Shown here piece by piece: positions 10,801 through 23,700 of a stretch of DNA of 64,000 bases; position 1 is the first letter of the stretch; every line of letters starts with the position of its first letter. Both the position numbers and the translations under genes were made by a program. The stretch comes from Azolla caroliniana (lineage: Eukaryota; Plantae; Polypodiophyta). The stretch is taken from NCBI GenBank assembly GCA_043228905.1, contig JBHGNT010000001.1:21638001-21702000 (forward strand). Reading direction: 5' to 3'. The notes below the pieces were generated by a model that saw only the letters and a program-made list of their open reading frames with translations, did no database searches and was not told the DNA's origin.

Positions 10801-13800
10801 GTGAGAGAAAATAAAGAAATAATGCTGTTTTTGAAGATAAATGAAAAATGAAGGGATAAAAAGTAGACTTTTTATGGAATTGTAGGTTTCATCTATTAAA
10901 TGAATTTGATGAAGGAAAGAGGAGTTGTAGGCGGAGGTTGGCTGGCCACAACAAACGAAGGAGGAAGCCTCAATCTGATGTTGTTGCTTCAAATGTAACC
11001 TTGTTATCAGATGCCACTAGATCAGCTACCAATGTTTTGAGCATAGTTGCAACACTCTCTCACCTTCAATGTAAGAGTTTTTCGAAAACAATCTTATCAA
11101 TAATATATATCATGCCAAATATGTTTCTAGAAAAATTCAGCAGTAAGAAATTTGGCAAATCTCATTTCAACAGTAATAACAAATTTCGTTTTAATGATAA
11201 TAATAGTAGCGGTATTTGTGAAATTATTGCAGAAAGTTTTCCACTGTATTTGAGCTCTAATTCTACAAGTCATCGTACATTATGTTGCGATTGGATTAAG
11301 CTTTACATCCATAAACGTTATTGTATGTTTGTTGTCATTAGTATTGAGTTTTAAGATCTAGAATTCGATGCAGCGTCAAAGACAAAAGCAAATCTTGATA
11401 ATTCCGGAATGAGCAGCAACTCGGTATTAGAGGGACTCAAGAAGGACTCTCTTGTGAAGCCATCTTTATCTGTGGGTGTCCCACAGAAGGCCATAGCTGT
11501 AGCTATCCAGAACATCTTGGGATCACAAATCAACCCAGTAAATGGAGACATGCATTCGAGACAAGTCAGTGAGCAAATACATTGTAATGGTCATAGCATG
11601 CATTCCCTTTTCCCACCTCCATTGAGCAGTCCTGAGGATATTGTTAGAGATGCAGGCAATGATAGTAATGGTGATCATCCGCCTGATCTGAATGGAAACT
11701 TGGATCATACAGATAATTCTGAACCTGGTGTGACAAAACAATATTTGAGTGATACAGGCTTTCATACTGAAGGAGGTGATACTGTTTCCTCCCCCGATAA
11801 CAATGATATAAGATCTCCAGAAGAGTGGGATTTTTTTCCTACTGTGTCTGGTGCCGGATTCCATGAAGATAGAGACTTTAGAGTGAATGGAAATATAGAG
11901 GATTCTTCTACTTGTATGGGAAATGGCCTAAACCTTTCTAGCTATAAACAACAGATGGTTGAATCAACTCAGCAACTCATTGATAGCTTAGATTCCGGAT
12001 CAGATCAGTCAGCTGCTAGTTCGAGCTCAGGAGGCCAGGTAAATAATTTACTCCAATGTTTCGATAACAAAGCTGAGCATAGATGTTTGCAACCCTTGGG
12101 TTGTGATTATGATCTCGTAAAGCCGTTTTAGTACAGATAATACCACTAATTATTGCTGATGTGATGATCTCTTCGGAAAATTATGGATACTTTTTATGAT
12201 GAACATAACGTTAAGAGACGTGAACCCACAACCTTAAATTTACAAAGCATTAGATCTATTATCCCATTTCTGTTTATAATTTCTTACAGACTTAAACTTA
12301 GTGCTTTCTCATTGTGTTAGTGAAAGGAGGTGGGGTGCCCAGACAAATCAGGTGTAGGGAGGGAGAAAGAGGGGGAGAGAGAGATGATGCAGGCCTGCTG
12401 TGGAGACATAGAGCTCATACAAGTTTTCACCCCAAATCTAGGGTTTTGGGGGCTTTGGGACATCATTTTATGGAAGTGTTTACATTGGTCACTTAGGCAA
12501 TGTGAACAGTTTAAAAAAGTCCAAATGGCCCAAAGGCCAGGAGATCAAATTAGAATGTTGAGTGCTTGTGCTTATGGTTGAGAGAAGGTTTTGCAACCAA
12601 CTGACCTGAAAGGTTTTTCTGCTTTTGATAGGAGTTGAGTGGGCGCATTATTTTCAAACTCTGCGATCCAAGGCGTATATCGGATATCCCTCAAAGCCAC
12701 CGATTGCAGGTCACTCAAATTTTGAAGTAGAATTCTTTTTATGCCCCTTCTTGATTCTAACCTGATTATTCGAAACAGTGATTAGGCACTGTGTTTTCTG
12801 ATTATGTGCTTTGTTCTAATAATATTTCTTCTTGATAGTTTCTCATCCTAGAAACTTCACTAATCATGTGCTTGTTTCATGGGTTAACAGTTACAAGAGT
12901 GGCTTTCTGTAACTCCTTGCTTTATGGAGCAATATATGCGACCAGGTTGTATACTCCTTACAGTATTTATGTCAATGCATCATCATGCTTGGAAAGACGT
13001 ACGCCCCTTAATTCTGCCTTTTGTGCACATCTGTTAGTTTTATAAATTTTTTGGCCTGTCTATAACTAGTGCTACCATACTTATTCTTCATGTAGTTGAT
13101 TGCAAATTTGCGAGGAAATCTCAGGAGGCTTGTACAATTATCAAATTCACCTAGTGACATATGGAAAAAGGGCAGGATTTTAGTGCAAGTTGAGCATCAA
13201 AGGGCGTTGATTGTTAATGGTAAGAGTGCTATTGGGGAGAGATTTTATTGGGTTGAATTGTATTTTCTTTTGGTTGACTTTGTTGCCTATGGGGACAGGT
13301 AAGGTAAAAAGAATTAGATGCTCTAGGGTGAACAAAAGACCTTTGTTAAAGTATGTCCGCCCAATAGCCGTAGTAGCTGGTCAGGAAACTACTTTGACAG
13401 TATGTGGATATAATCTATCTCCACAAACAAAGTAAGTACAATTTGAAAGATGATTGGTGTTTTGAATGAATATGCTAAGCAAATGTTGTGGAATGCTTAT
13501 AAACATAGCTATGCAACTTAAATAATTCATGTTTTCGGTATGTCTATGCTATATGTATAGGATTGTTGTTTTAAAAGAATATGCTAAGAAGCCAGTACTG
13601 CTCAAATTTTAAATAAATGCTGCTGTGCATCTTATTTATGCTCATTCCTCATTTGTCTATGTTAGGATTCTATGTGTGTATCACGAGAAATACATTATAC
13701 ATGAAGTGCTCCCATCAGCTTTTGGAGATGAACAAAATGAGTCTTCAACAGTTCATTCGGGAGATGGAAGTTGGGGAAGACAGCTTCATAGTGTCCAGTT

Positions 13801-16281
13801 TCCTGGTGGCCCTCCTAATGTGCTGGGCCGATTCTTTGTTGAGGTAAGCTTATGGAGCAATTGTTTTCGATTTTCTATTTTTTCTAACATTTCTTACGTT
13901 GAAATGCATTCCCCAAAATGATTGTGATTTGAATGTTAACATACACGGATCAAGAAGTTTAATGAAGATGCAAGTGTCTATCTTTAGAAGACAGAACTGT
14001 CTTCAAGATCTCACAGAAAATTGTTCGAGAATGATATTGCATGCTAGTAAATGGTAGTTGTGGTATGTTCATATTGATTTATGTAAATGTGTCTCTGAAA
14101 ACGTGATTGCAAACAAGCACAGTCAGTCCTAAACCTGCTCATATAGATCTCTATATGTTTTGGAGCAGTCTTATTTTGAGCTTCTTTACCATGAGAATAG
14201 TCCTATGTGCGTTTTATCTCTTTGTTTTACTTACCTCCTAATGTATTACCAAGAGATAAAACTATCTACATATGGTCAGATGGCTTTAAATTTGAACCAG
14301 AAAGTAAAGGAATAGAATCAATGGTAGTTAATATTTCAGATGGCCTAATGAATTAGCATACAATTTATTTCACATTATTCTGTGGTTTTCCAATTGTATA
14401 ATTGCTCTTATTGTATTAAATGTCATAGCCCTAACCCTATCAATGAATCTTTAACTTGTTATGTCAGATTTCTTTGATTTTGGGTTCATCTCATTTCATC
14501 AGAACAATTATGCAACTGAAGATCCTTATTAGGAGCTATTTATGATTGTAGTATTTATACTGTGATCTATTTAAGAATCTTCTCCACTTCATTTGAGAGA
14601 GATTTGTGTCTTACATATTTTCTTGTATATTTGCTCTCGATAGTGAGAAGATTATTTGACACGGATCATGAATGCGATGTTTCTTGTCTATTGGTTTCAT
14701 ATTTTACTCTATTATTTGGACAAATGGCAGAATGTTATGCAATTGCATCTTGCTATGCATTTTTATTCTTTTGGCTGTTTTTTGTTTTATAATTTATTCT
14801 ATGTTCTTTTAAAATTAAAAAATGTGGTTTACCGAATGCAATTTTCTCATTGATTTGTGCATTTGTGTCATATTCACTAAAACTGGAATTTTTGATTTAT
14901 ATTCCAGGTGGAACGCGATCTTCTGGGAAACATTCTTCCTGTGATTGTAGCGAACACCGAAATTTGTTCAGAGCTTCGTTCATTAGAGAATGAGCTCGAT
15001 GAAGATATCTCATCTGGCGACTCACAGATACACAAAGAGGCCAAAACAATGAAATTTCTACATGAGTTAGGATGGATTTTCCAGAGCACTGCGCGTGTGA
15101 TCAATCAACATGATCATGCTGGCTTTGATCGATCCGTTCATAATAATAGTCACATTATGATTAATCCTCTTCATTTCAAAGGTTTGTTAAGCTATGCAGT
15201 TGGACGAGATTGGTGTGCTGTGGTAAAGAAACTATTGGATTTGATGTTTGATATTGGTAACTGTAATGAAAAAGAAGAAGACGATGATGAGGTGTTTAAT
15301 GTGCTTTTGGAGGTGAATCTTATCCACAAAGCAGTAAAAAGGAAATGCAGATTGATGGTAGAGTTTTTGTTGCAATATAAACCGGATGTGATTCGTTCAA
15401 GAAAGTTTCAGGGTATGTTTACACCAGTTGTGAAGGGACAATGTGGATTTACTCCCCTTCATCTTGCTGCCACTATGTGTCAGGCTGAAGAGATGATTGA
15501 AATTCTGACTAATGATCCAAATGAGGTAAAATCATCATCACTCTAGGTTTTCTACCATTAAGATACGAAATTATCAGAGAATTCCATGACATTCGAAAAA
15601 ATACCGAAATTTCCCAATTCTTTTGCATTGCTTGAGAAAAACTAATTATAGATTGTAATTCTAACTATAATTTATAAACAGTAAATTCAAGTAGTTTAGG
15701 AAGTGTTTATATCATTAGAAAGATCTTGAATTTTTTGAAGAGGGAATTACAAGAAGTGCATGTTTAGGGATGAAGGTCTTTCACATTTTGTTTTTTGTGA
15801 TCTGTAGGTTGGCTTGGTTGGATGGAAATCCTTTTATGACAACGAAGGAAGGACTCCAGAATGGCATGCAAAGAATAGTGGGAATTTGGGCTATATTGGA
15901 TTAATAGAGGCAAAACTATTAAGAAGGCGTTCTCCTTCGGTGAATATTACCATCCGGGAAATTGCTGAGGAATGTGAAGGATTATCTTTGCCTAAGGTGG
16001 AGACCACTGTATCACAAGATATAAGAAGTGCAATATTATTGTCAAGTGAAGCATTGACAAGAAGACCATCAGAGATATGCAAGGATTGTAAAACAATGGC
16101 AAGGTTGGTGCCATTGGGATCGTTGAAGTTTCATAATAGAATGTACAGGCCATTGATGCTTATGACTGTGACGGTTGCTGCAATATGTGCGACTGTTGCT
16201 CTGCTAATGAAAGGCCCTCCTCGACTAGACTCGGTTTTCTACTCATTGAAGTGCGATGGATTTGATTATGGTTCTTTGTAA
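10112..16281 (+). CDS. SPL: SQUAMOSA promoter-binding protein-like transcription factor, long ankyrin/TM type (SPL1/12/14/16 clade), 10 exons, ~1083 aa
   Basis: Exons 10112-10800, 10886-11070, 11374(or 11356)-12038, 12632-12709, 12891-12998, 13096-13219, 13299-13431, 13666-13843, 14908-15525 and 15808-16281. All introns are GT-AG and the phases are consistent (3252 nt). SBP domain [27 protein letters not shown]...[22 protein letters not shown]. Also [29 protein letters not shown], ankyrin TPLHLAA, and a C-terminal TM followed by DYG. The N-terminus VGSQVAA resembles SPL14. Confidence 0.95.
10886..11070 (+). CDS. SPL: SPL exon 2 (SBP C-terminus and NLS)
   Basis: tgtAG|G TTT CAT encodes [27 protein letters not shown]; donor GTAAGA at 11071. 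Confidence 0.93.
11374..12038 (+). CDS. SPL: SPL exon 3
   Basis: Open frame ending [15 protein letters not shown]|GTAAAT. The acceptor is ambiguous: both 11356 and 11374 are in phase. Confidence 0.8.
12632..12709 (+). CDS. SPL: SPL exon 4
   Basis: [26 protein letters not shown], homologous to the conserved RTGRIVFKLF exon. Confidence 0.88.
12891..12998 (+). CDS. SPL: SPL exon 5
   Basis: [26 protein letters not shown], the IRPGC exon. Confidence 0.9.
13096..13219 (+). CDS. SPL: SPL exon 6
   Basis: LIANL...[10 protein letters not shown]...NG|GTAAGA. Confidence 0.88.
13299..13431 (+). CDS. SPL: SPL exon 7
   Basis: [21 protein letters not shown], followed by donor GTAAGT. Confidence 0.88.
13666..13843 (+). 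CDS. SPL: SPL exon 8
   Basis: ILCVYHEKY...[10 protein letters not shown]|GTAAGC. Confidence 0.88.
14908..15525 (+). CDS. SPL: SPL exon 9 (ankyrin region)
   Basis: VE...[10 protein letters not shown]...FLHELGW...TPLHLAA...LTNDPNE|GTAAAA. Confidence 0.92.
15808..16281 (+). CDS. SPL: SPL exon 10 (C-terminal TM segment)
   Basis: [15 protein letters not shown]...[26 protein letters not shown]...DYGSL*. Confidence 0.92.
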   Translation, partial: VGLVGWKSFYDNEGRTPEWHAKNSGNLGYIGLIEAKLLRRRSPSVNITIREIAEECEGLSLPKVETTVSQDIRSAILLSSEALTRRPSEICKDCKTMARLVPLGSLKFHNRMYRPLMLMTVTVAAICATVALLMKGPPRLDSVFYSLKCDGFDYGSL

Positions 16282-18624
16282 CATAATCAAGAGTAGTTTT
16301 TTAGTGTACAATATAGTATAAAGGTTATATTCATTTTTTATTATATTACTGAATCACTCGATTTTGTTTTTAAAGCTCTCTACACAAGCAAGGGTATGTA
16401 ATGAGAGAAAGAATAATAACTACCATAGCAACCATTCTCAATACTCATTCCTTAGAATGAACTTAAAAAGCAGGTTTATAGTGGTGTGTATATATATATA
16501 TGTATGTAAATAGATTTTTCGCAACTGACTTGAGTGACAGGAAAAATTGTTAAAAAGTTTCATTATGGTACACTATAGAAGACAACTGATCCTTCCAACT
16601 TTGGTATGTATATTAGTGGCTTCAAGCCCTTGCCGTTTCAATCAATTCTTTTACTAGACATGAAATTGGCATTGTACTGAAAATTTTAATATGCCATACA
16701 TAATTAAAGAAAACAATTGTTTATATGACATGTATTCTTTATCTTATATTGAAAAATACTCTTGAATTATTTAAATATTGATTGAAAGTGTTCATGTTGC
16801 CTGACTTGGCATGTTCTAATGATTTTCATCAGAGATGGAAAAGCTACAATATTGTAAAATCTGTTTGTAATCAATTCTTAATTTTCAATGATCATTTTAC
16901 ACAAAATACTGTTATTTACATGTGTTTCTATGGATAACACTTTGAAAAGGATCATCAAGTTTTCTTTACATCCTTTCTATTGTTATTTTGCACTGAATGC
17001 CTTCATTGACATGTATTTCTTTGTGCGTTCCTCAAGTCCTTTATTTCTTCATATGATAGTTTTCCCGTTACCAACTCCCAAAACAGCAATTATAAATGTT
17101 CAATTTGATAATGTGTTGTTCAATGCATGTGCTTTTTATCAATTATCTTTTGGTTTGTGAATGGTGATGTTTGGGAAATAATGAAAAGTTTGTGGGAGTT
17201 TGTGAAGTAAAGAAACACATCAATATTTTTAGAGTTTTCCTTGTTTTAGTTGGATGATTTAACCATGGTCGGCCAAGTAATAATGGGTATGCGCCAGGTG
17301 CATCAAACTTCGGCACAATCGTTGAGATTTGTAAGAAGTGTCTGCCAATTGATAGCTCTAATTGATGAATTAACCCCAATGGTCATATTGAACTTGTATT
17401 AGCCATTCATAGCCAAAATGGAGACACTTCCCAGATGATCGCAGGTGTTTTTGCTTATCACATCGACTCTTGACATGCCGTCGATGATGTTGTTCGGTAC
17501 CTCCTAGCCTCGTATGATTACTTTTACGGAAGGACTCTGCTCATCCATAATCGTTGGTCCATTAATCGGATTAGTAAAATTCACCATAGCCAATTGTGAC
17601 TCCTCTGTGATTATTACTGCTATTGTTTCAGTAAATCTCAAAACTAATTTTAATAAGCTTGCCAATGGTAGCGTGATCCGACAATCCGCCAAGACTTGCA
17701 TGTGGTATCTTCGGTTGGTGGTTGTACTATTATTTATGGTCTGATTTCCGAATTCACTTGTTTGTCAGTTATTTGCTTACTTTCCTGAAGCATCTTGTCG
17801 ACGTTGTTCTTATTTGTTTCCTCCACCCATTCTTTAGCAACTTTTTGAATTGCTTCTTGTGTTTCCCATTTTGACTGCTTGGTTTCACTCTGAATTGTTA
17901 CTTGTACCTCCGTTGTAACCATAGATTGACATATTCGCATTCGTGGGGTTTCCCATTCGAATGCAAACGAATACGTATACGAATGCATGGTCAACTATCT
18001 GGTTGTTTTTGATTTGGTCGAAATCGATCCTCATATCTTGGTCCATCGTCTTCCCGGAAACGGTTTGTTTATACCGGATTCTGTCACCTGTTCGGTCATT
18101 ATGCGGCTCTATTTGCCTTACCGGAGCCATGATCTTGTTTAAGAGATTATATTCGCACTAGTCATTTGTGTGTGCCTTCGAATGACAAATTGGGCATTGT
18201 GTGTGTAGTGTACATTCTATTGTGGAATGCCCAGGATTAAGCAAGTCATACATTGAATTGCTTGTCTGAATCACAATTCCTCCTGATTTGGTAATGATCT
18301 TTGTAGTGATGTCATAGATATACTATTACTTATTTGTGCTCTATCCATTATGAGCGCTTTGTCAATCACCTGCTCTAGAGATTGTTCCTTAAAATTGAAA
18401 ACAACTAATGTGGTTCAGAGTGGCTCTCGGAGTGCCGATAAAAAGGAACCTTCACATCTTCCTTAGGAGGGGGACATGCTAACTGCCTCTGAAAATTTTG
18501 GAACTGAATAATGAATTGGGGAATTGTTTCATGAGCATATTGGTAAGCCACATAGAATTGGCTCATAAGTTCCCATTTTGGAATTTGCTGATGAAATAAC
18601 ATGATAAATTTACTAGTTAGTTGT

Positions 18625-19738
18625 AGAATTCCATTTCTTCTTATGAGATGGATGGAGTCATTGTTCTTCAAATATTGTATTCAAGAGGATTTAAACGAAG
18701 GAAAAGAACCCCATATTGCTATCACTCAGCTAGGTATCAACTTGGATATGCTCATTGGAAGCACTCTAGTTGATATGTATGCAACATGTGGAAGTTTATC
18801 AGATGCATATAAAGTTCAATGGGCTGAGATCCCTCAAGGTGGGTGCCGATCACATGGCTTTACATGAAGGCATGCTCATATAGGCTGAAATCATGGATCA
18901 AGGCATACAAAATGACCTCCATACCATAATGCTTGAGTTTTACGTTGAATGTGGAAAATAGAGGATGCTTGATCATTGTTCTTCAAATATTGCATTCAAG
19001 ATGTGGCCATCATCCACGACTGATTCAGTTGTTTTGAAACATGGTCTTGGATGGATTCAAACCGGACAAATTCATGTTCATATGCATCCTCAACTCATAC
19101 AATGATGCTGGTTCTGTATATTGTGGAAGGTGTCATGAACATATACCAAAACTCCAAGACTCGTAATGAAGATTCAAACCCATGACCTCCTCAAAGATGA
19201 TGTGTAGCTTCAACCACTTGGATACATTATATTACATATAATAATATAAATCCTTATATTAGATCAAGAAGAAACATATATAATATGATGAAACATCGCC
19301 ATGGCATAGGCTAACGCATGATTACCAAGTGTCATGCTTGCTTGAATGCCAAATGGTGATCATGCGTGCGTATGAGGTGGCGAACATGCATGTATCCAAA
19401 GCATGCTATATAAACATGTATCAAAGTATCGATGAACCATTCCGGTTCAACGCCAGTTTTCAACATACTCTTGTAACCCTTGTTCTCATTGCTAATACAT
19501 TTTCAACATCTTATTTCTCCCTCATCCCTTTTTTATTTTCTACTTCTCATTCTTTTCTTCATTCTAAACTTGTCTTTGGCTACGATCCTGATAGAAGGCT
19601 TCTTTATTCATGGCTAGCCATTGTCTTACACAAGACGGGCTGGGGAAGGATAGCCACTTCCTTTCCATCTATATTGTATTTTCTAGCTGATATGCTTCTT
19701 AAAACTAATGGAAGGATATGTTTTCTTGAATTTGTTTT
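18625..19738 (+). pseudogene. 1.1-kb insert carrying decayed PLS-class PPR gene fragments, flanked by a 16-bp direct repeat
   Basis: IGSTLVDMYATCGSLSDAYKV at 18750-18820. Direct repeat TTTACTAGTTAGTTGT at 18609-18624 and 19739-19754; the gypsy gag reads QLTSK on both sides. Confidence 0.7.
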
Positions 19739-20008
19739 TTTACTAGTTAGTTGTTTAAATGATTCACACTCACCCTCTTCATGATGTGAGTACCAATTAG
19801 CTGATTTCCCTTCAAGCGACAATCTGAATTCTACTATCTTTGATTTATCATTGTCTACTTCTGATAGTCTCTGTGAGACATGGTTACCTTGCCATGTTGT
19901 GAGGAAAGCACACACATGCGCTTCTGCATCTGCTTCATCATTGTATTTGGGATAAGGGTATGACATTCTATCCTCCTCTAAAACTCTTCCCAAGTTGATT
20001 AGTTGTCA

Positions 20009-20250
20009 GTGCAGGCCCGATGAGAACCGGATGAGGAGTACTCGGCTACGGAGAGCCAGATGGTGCAGGCCCGGTGAGATCCGGATGAGGAGTACCCGGC
20101 TACGGAGAGCCGGATGGTGCAGGCCCGGTGAGAACCGGATGAGGAGTACCCGGCTACGGAGAGCCGGATGGTGCAGGCCCGGTGAGATCCGGATGAGGAG
20201 TACCCGGCTACGGAGAACCGGATGGTGCAGACCCGATGAGAACCGGATGA
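20009..20250 (+). repeat. 54-bp tandem repeat in U3 of the copy B 5' LTR (~4.5 units)
   Basis: Unit ccggatggtgcaggcccggtgagaaccggatgaggagtacccggctacggagag. Confidence 0.95.
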
Positions 20251-20407
20251 AGAGACATATTCGTAAATATGTTTCTGAGAGTCCATCGAGGCCATATTTT
20301 GTAAATAGCCGAAAAGTCATATTAGTATAAATATGGCTTAGGGAAAACTTTTAGTAACGTGGTTATTATTATTTCTTGTCTGCGTGAGATCAGAGCGCGC
20401 AACAGTG

Positions 20408-20446
<39 letters not shown>

Positions 20447-20756
20447 GTCGTTACCTCTGTTGTAACCGTCGTCTGTGGCGAAGATTGTGAGCACGAGGTT
20501 GTTGCCTCCGTGAACTCACTACTATACATACTAACCTAGCGATAGTTTGCAGCCTGTGGGTTGCTGTGGTTTTTCCCCTAGTTTGGGGTTTTCCATGTAA
20601 ACATCCTGTGTACCTCTTCTCTCCTTTTGTGTCGCGTGTTTTCCGTTTCCTGTTTTTTTTTTCTGTGTATGATTCTAAGCTCGGTTGTGGCCGAGCGTTG
20701 TGCATAAGGAGCGTTGAGTTCTCGTCAAGTGGTATCAGAGCGAAACGACACAGAAA

Positions 20757-23700
20757 ATGGACGAATCGTTTGGCGGCATGTTCAAGCTCACCGGCTCCAA
20801 CTATTCAGTGTGGAAGTCGAAGATGAGGGACATGCTCGTGGTTAAAGACCTCTGGCTGCCGGTTCAGTTCGGGGACAAGAGACCGGACAAAATCGATGCC
20901 GCGATATGGGAGGTGATGCACATGAAGACAACGGCGTACATAAGGTGCTTCATCGACATGAGTCTGTACAACAACTTCAATGAAGAGAGCAAGGCTCATG
21001 AGCTGTGGGAGAAGATTGGCATAATGTTTCAAAACAAAAATGCTGTTAATCAGGTTTCGGTATTCCGGAAGCTAGTAAGACTCCGGTACCAAGATGGCTC
21101 CAGCATGGCTGAGCACATGAATGCCTTCTAGGGGCTGATTCACCAGGCAACTTCATTGGAAGTACCTCTCGCTGATGGGGTACTAGCGTTACTTCTGCTC
21201 GGTTCCCTCCTAAATAGCTGGGAGACGTTGGTTGTCACTTTGGGCAACACCGGGCCAGAAGGAAAGCGGTTATCCCTAGCAAGAGTAAAGTCACGCTTGC
21301 TAGATGAGGAGGCGCGTCGGAAAGATAAAGATACGAGCTCCGACTCCAAAGCGCTCCTTACCGAATCGGAACGCGGAAGACATAGAAACCGTAGTCCCCA
21401 AAACCGGGAGAAGTTGGGGACACGGTCAAAGTCAAGGGGGAGGCCCACTTGCTTCTATTGCGGCAAGACGGGACACTTCCAAAAGAACTGTCGGCATTTC
21501 CGTAAAGACAAGGAAACCGACGGTACCGATTCGAAGCGGACCCCAGACTGGAACGGTAAAGACCGGAGGGGGCTGGACCGGAAGGGAACGACGGCAATCA
21601 CGGCAAGTGAAGAGGAGTTGATGCTCATCACCGAGGAGAGTGAGAAAAACCTTGCCGGCGACGAGATGACCTGGGTGATAGACTCCAGAGCGTCGTTCCA
21701 CCTTACCCCGGACCGGAAATGCTTCTCATCCTACTTAGCCGGTGATCACGGCTGTGTTCGGATGGGGAATGAAGGTACATGCCGAATTGTCGGCATAGGA
21801 GATGTGTGGCTGTCGACACCAACCGGATGCAAGTTGTTGCTAAGGGATGTCCGACACGTTCCGGAGGTTCGACTGAACCTGATATCAGCCGGTTGGCTAG
21901 ATGATGAGGGCTACACGGGTAGCATCCGGAACGGTGTCATGAAGTTCAGCAAAGGGAGCCTGATTGTGGCTCGGGCCTGGAAGGTAAACACACTGTACCT
22001 GATGAATGCCCGGTTATGTCCAGAAGCAGTGAACGTTGCATCCGACACTACCGGTGAGCTGTGGCACAAGAGACAGTGTCATATGAGCGAGAAGGGGATG
22101 AAGAGGCTTGCAGACGACCACCTCATTCCAGTGAAGAACGTGCACTTAGAAAAGTGCACTGATTGTCTGGCCGGTAAGCAGAACCGGACCTTCTTCCGAC
22201 CAAGGCCATCGATGAGACGTAATGCACCACTGGAGTTGGTGCATACTGATGTGTGTCAAGTAGACACGAAGTCACATGCCAGAGCGCAGTACTTCGTGAC
22301 GTTCATAGATGACCACAACCGGAAGTTGTGGGCCACACCGTTGAAGACGAAGGATCAGGTGTTATCCGTCTTCAAAGAGCTCCACGTGAGAGTGGAAAGA
22401 GAAACCGGCCGGAAGCTGAAGGCGGTTCGAGCTGATAACGAAGGAGAATACCGGGGGCAGTTCGAGGAGTACTGTTGCTCGAAGGGAACCCGGCTTGAAT
22501 TTACCGTGCCGAAGACGCCGGAACTAAACGGACTGGCTGAGAGGATGAACCGGACCATAATGGAGAGGGTCCGGAGTATGCTAGCGCATGCAAAACTTCC
22601 CAAGAAGTTTTGGGCTGAGGCACTATCGACGGCGACATATGTGATAAATAGATCACCCTCAGTACCCTTGGATGGAGACACGCCACAGAGAGTGTGGACC
22701 GGTAAGGAAGTATCCTACCGGCATCTGAAGGTGTTCGGGTGTCTCGTGTACGTGCATGTAGCTAAGGACCAGAGAGGAAAGTTAGATCCAAAGACCCGGC
22801 CATGCATATTCCTCGGTTACGGTGATGATGAGTTCGGCTACCGAGTTTGGGACCTGGTCGACAAGAAGGTATTCCGGAGTCCAGATATTATCTTCATGAA
22901 GAACAAGACGCTCTCCGACTGGGAGTCGGAGAAGAAGATAATGAACTCCGAGTCGACCGGTAAGGATCGACTCTACGATGAGCAGACCCAACCAGCAAGA
23001 GACCGGTTAGCACTCGAGGGACCAGCCGATTACGGTGAGGATACCGAACAGGCTGAAGAAGAAGTAGAGGAAGCTGAAACCGGAATCGGCCAAGACCCCG
23101 AATCGGATTCGGATGAAGACCAGATGGATGAGCCGGTCACCGAAACCCAGAGACGGAGATATCCTCTCAGAGAGAGAAGGGCCGCCCGGAGATTTCCGGA
23201 TGCAGATCATGTTCTACTGACCGATGAGGGGGAGCCGGAAAGCTTCGAAGAGGCGAAGGAAGACACCCACAACCGAAAATGGTTAAGTGCCATGCAGGAT
23301 GAGATGGATTCCCTGCATGAGAACCATACGTATGAATTGGTGGAGTTGCCGAAAGGAATGCGGGCACTCCGAAACAAGTGGGTGTACAAGTTGAAACCGG
23401 GAGATGCCGGCAACACCCCGAGATACAAAGCCAGAATCGTGGTGAAGGGGTTCCAGCAGAAGAAGGGCGTGGACTTCGACGAGATATTTGCCCCGGTAGT
23501 AAAGATGACCTCCATCCGGACGGTGGTGAGTATAGCGGCAAGCTTGGCCCTCGAGGTAGAACAACTGGACGTGAAGACGACATTTCTTCACGGCGACCTC
23601 GAAGAGGAGATCTACATGCAGCAACCGGAAGGATTTGTGGAGAAAGGGAAGGAGCACCTGGTTTGTTGGTTGAAGAAGAGCCTCTACGGGTTGAAGCAGG

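Noticed and set aside
12314-12581. ORFs within SPL intron 3
   Set aside because: No homology to SPL exons, and the gene splices in frame without them.
19995-20330. Repeat-protein ORFs (RMRSTRLRRAGWCRPGEN)n, also at 24848 and 36556; CRISPR-like appearance
   Set aside because: These are translations of the 54-bp LTR U3 tandem repeat. There are no unique spacers, no cas genes, and the context is eukaryotic.
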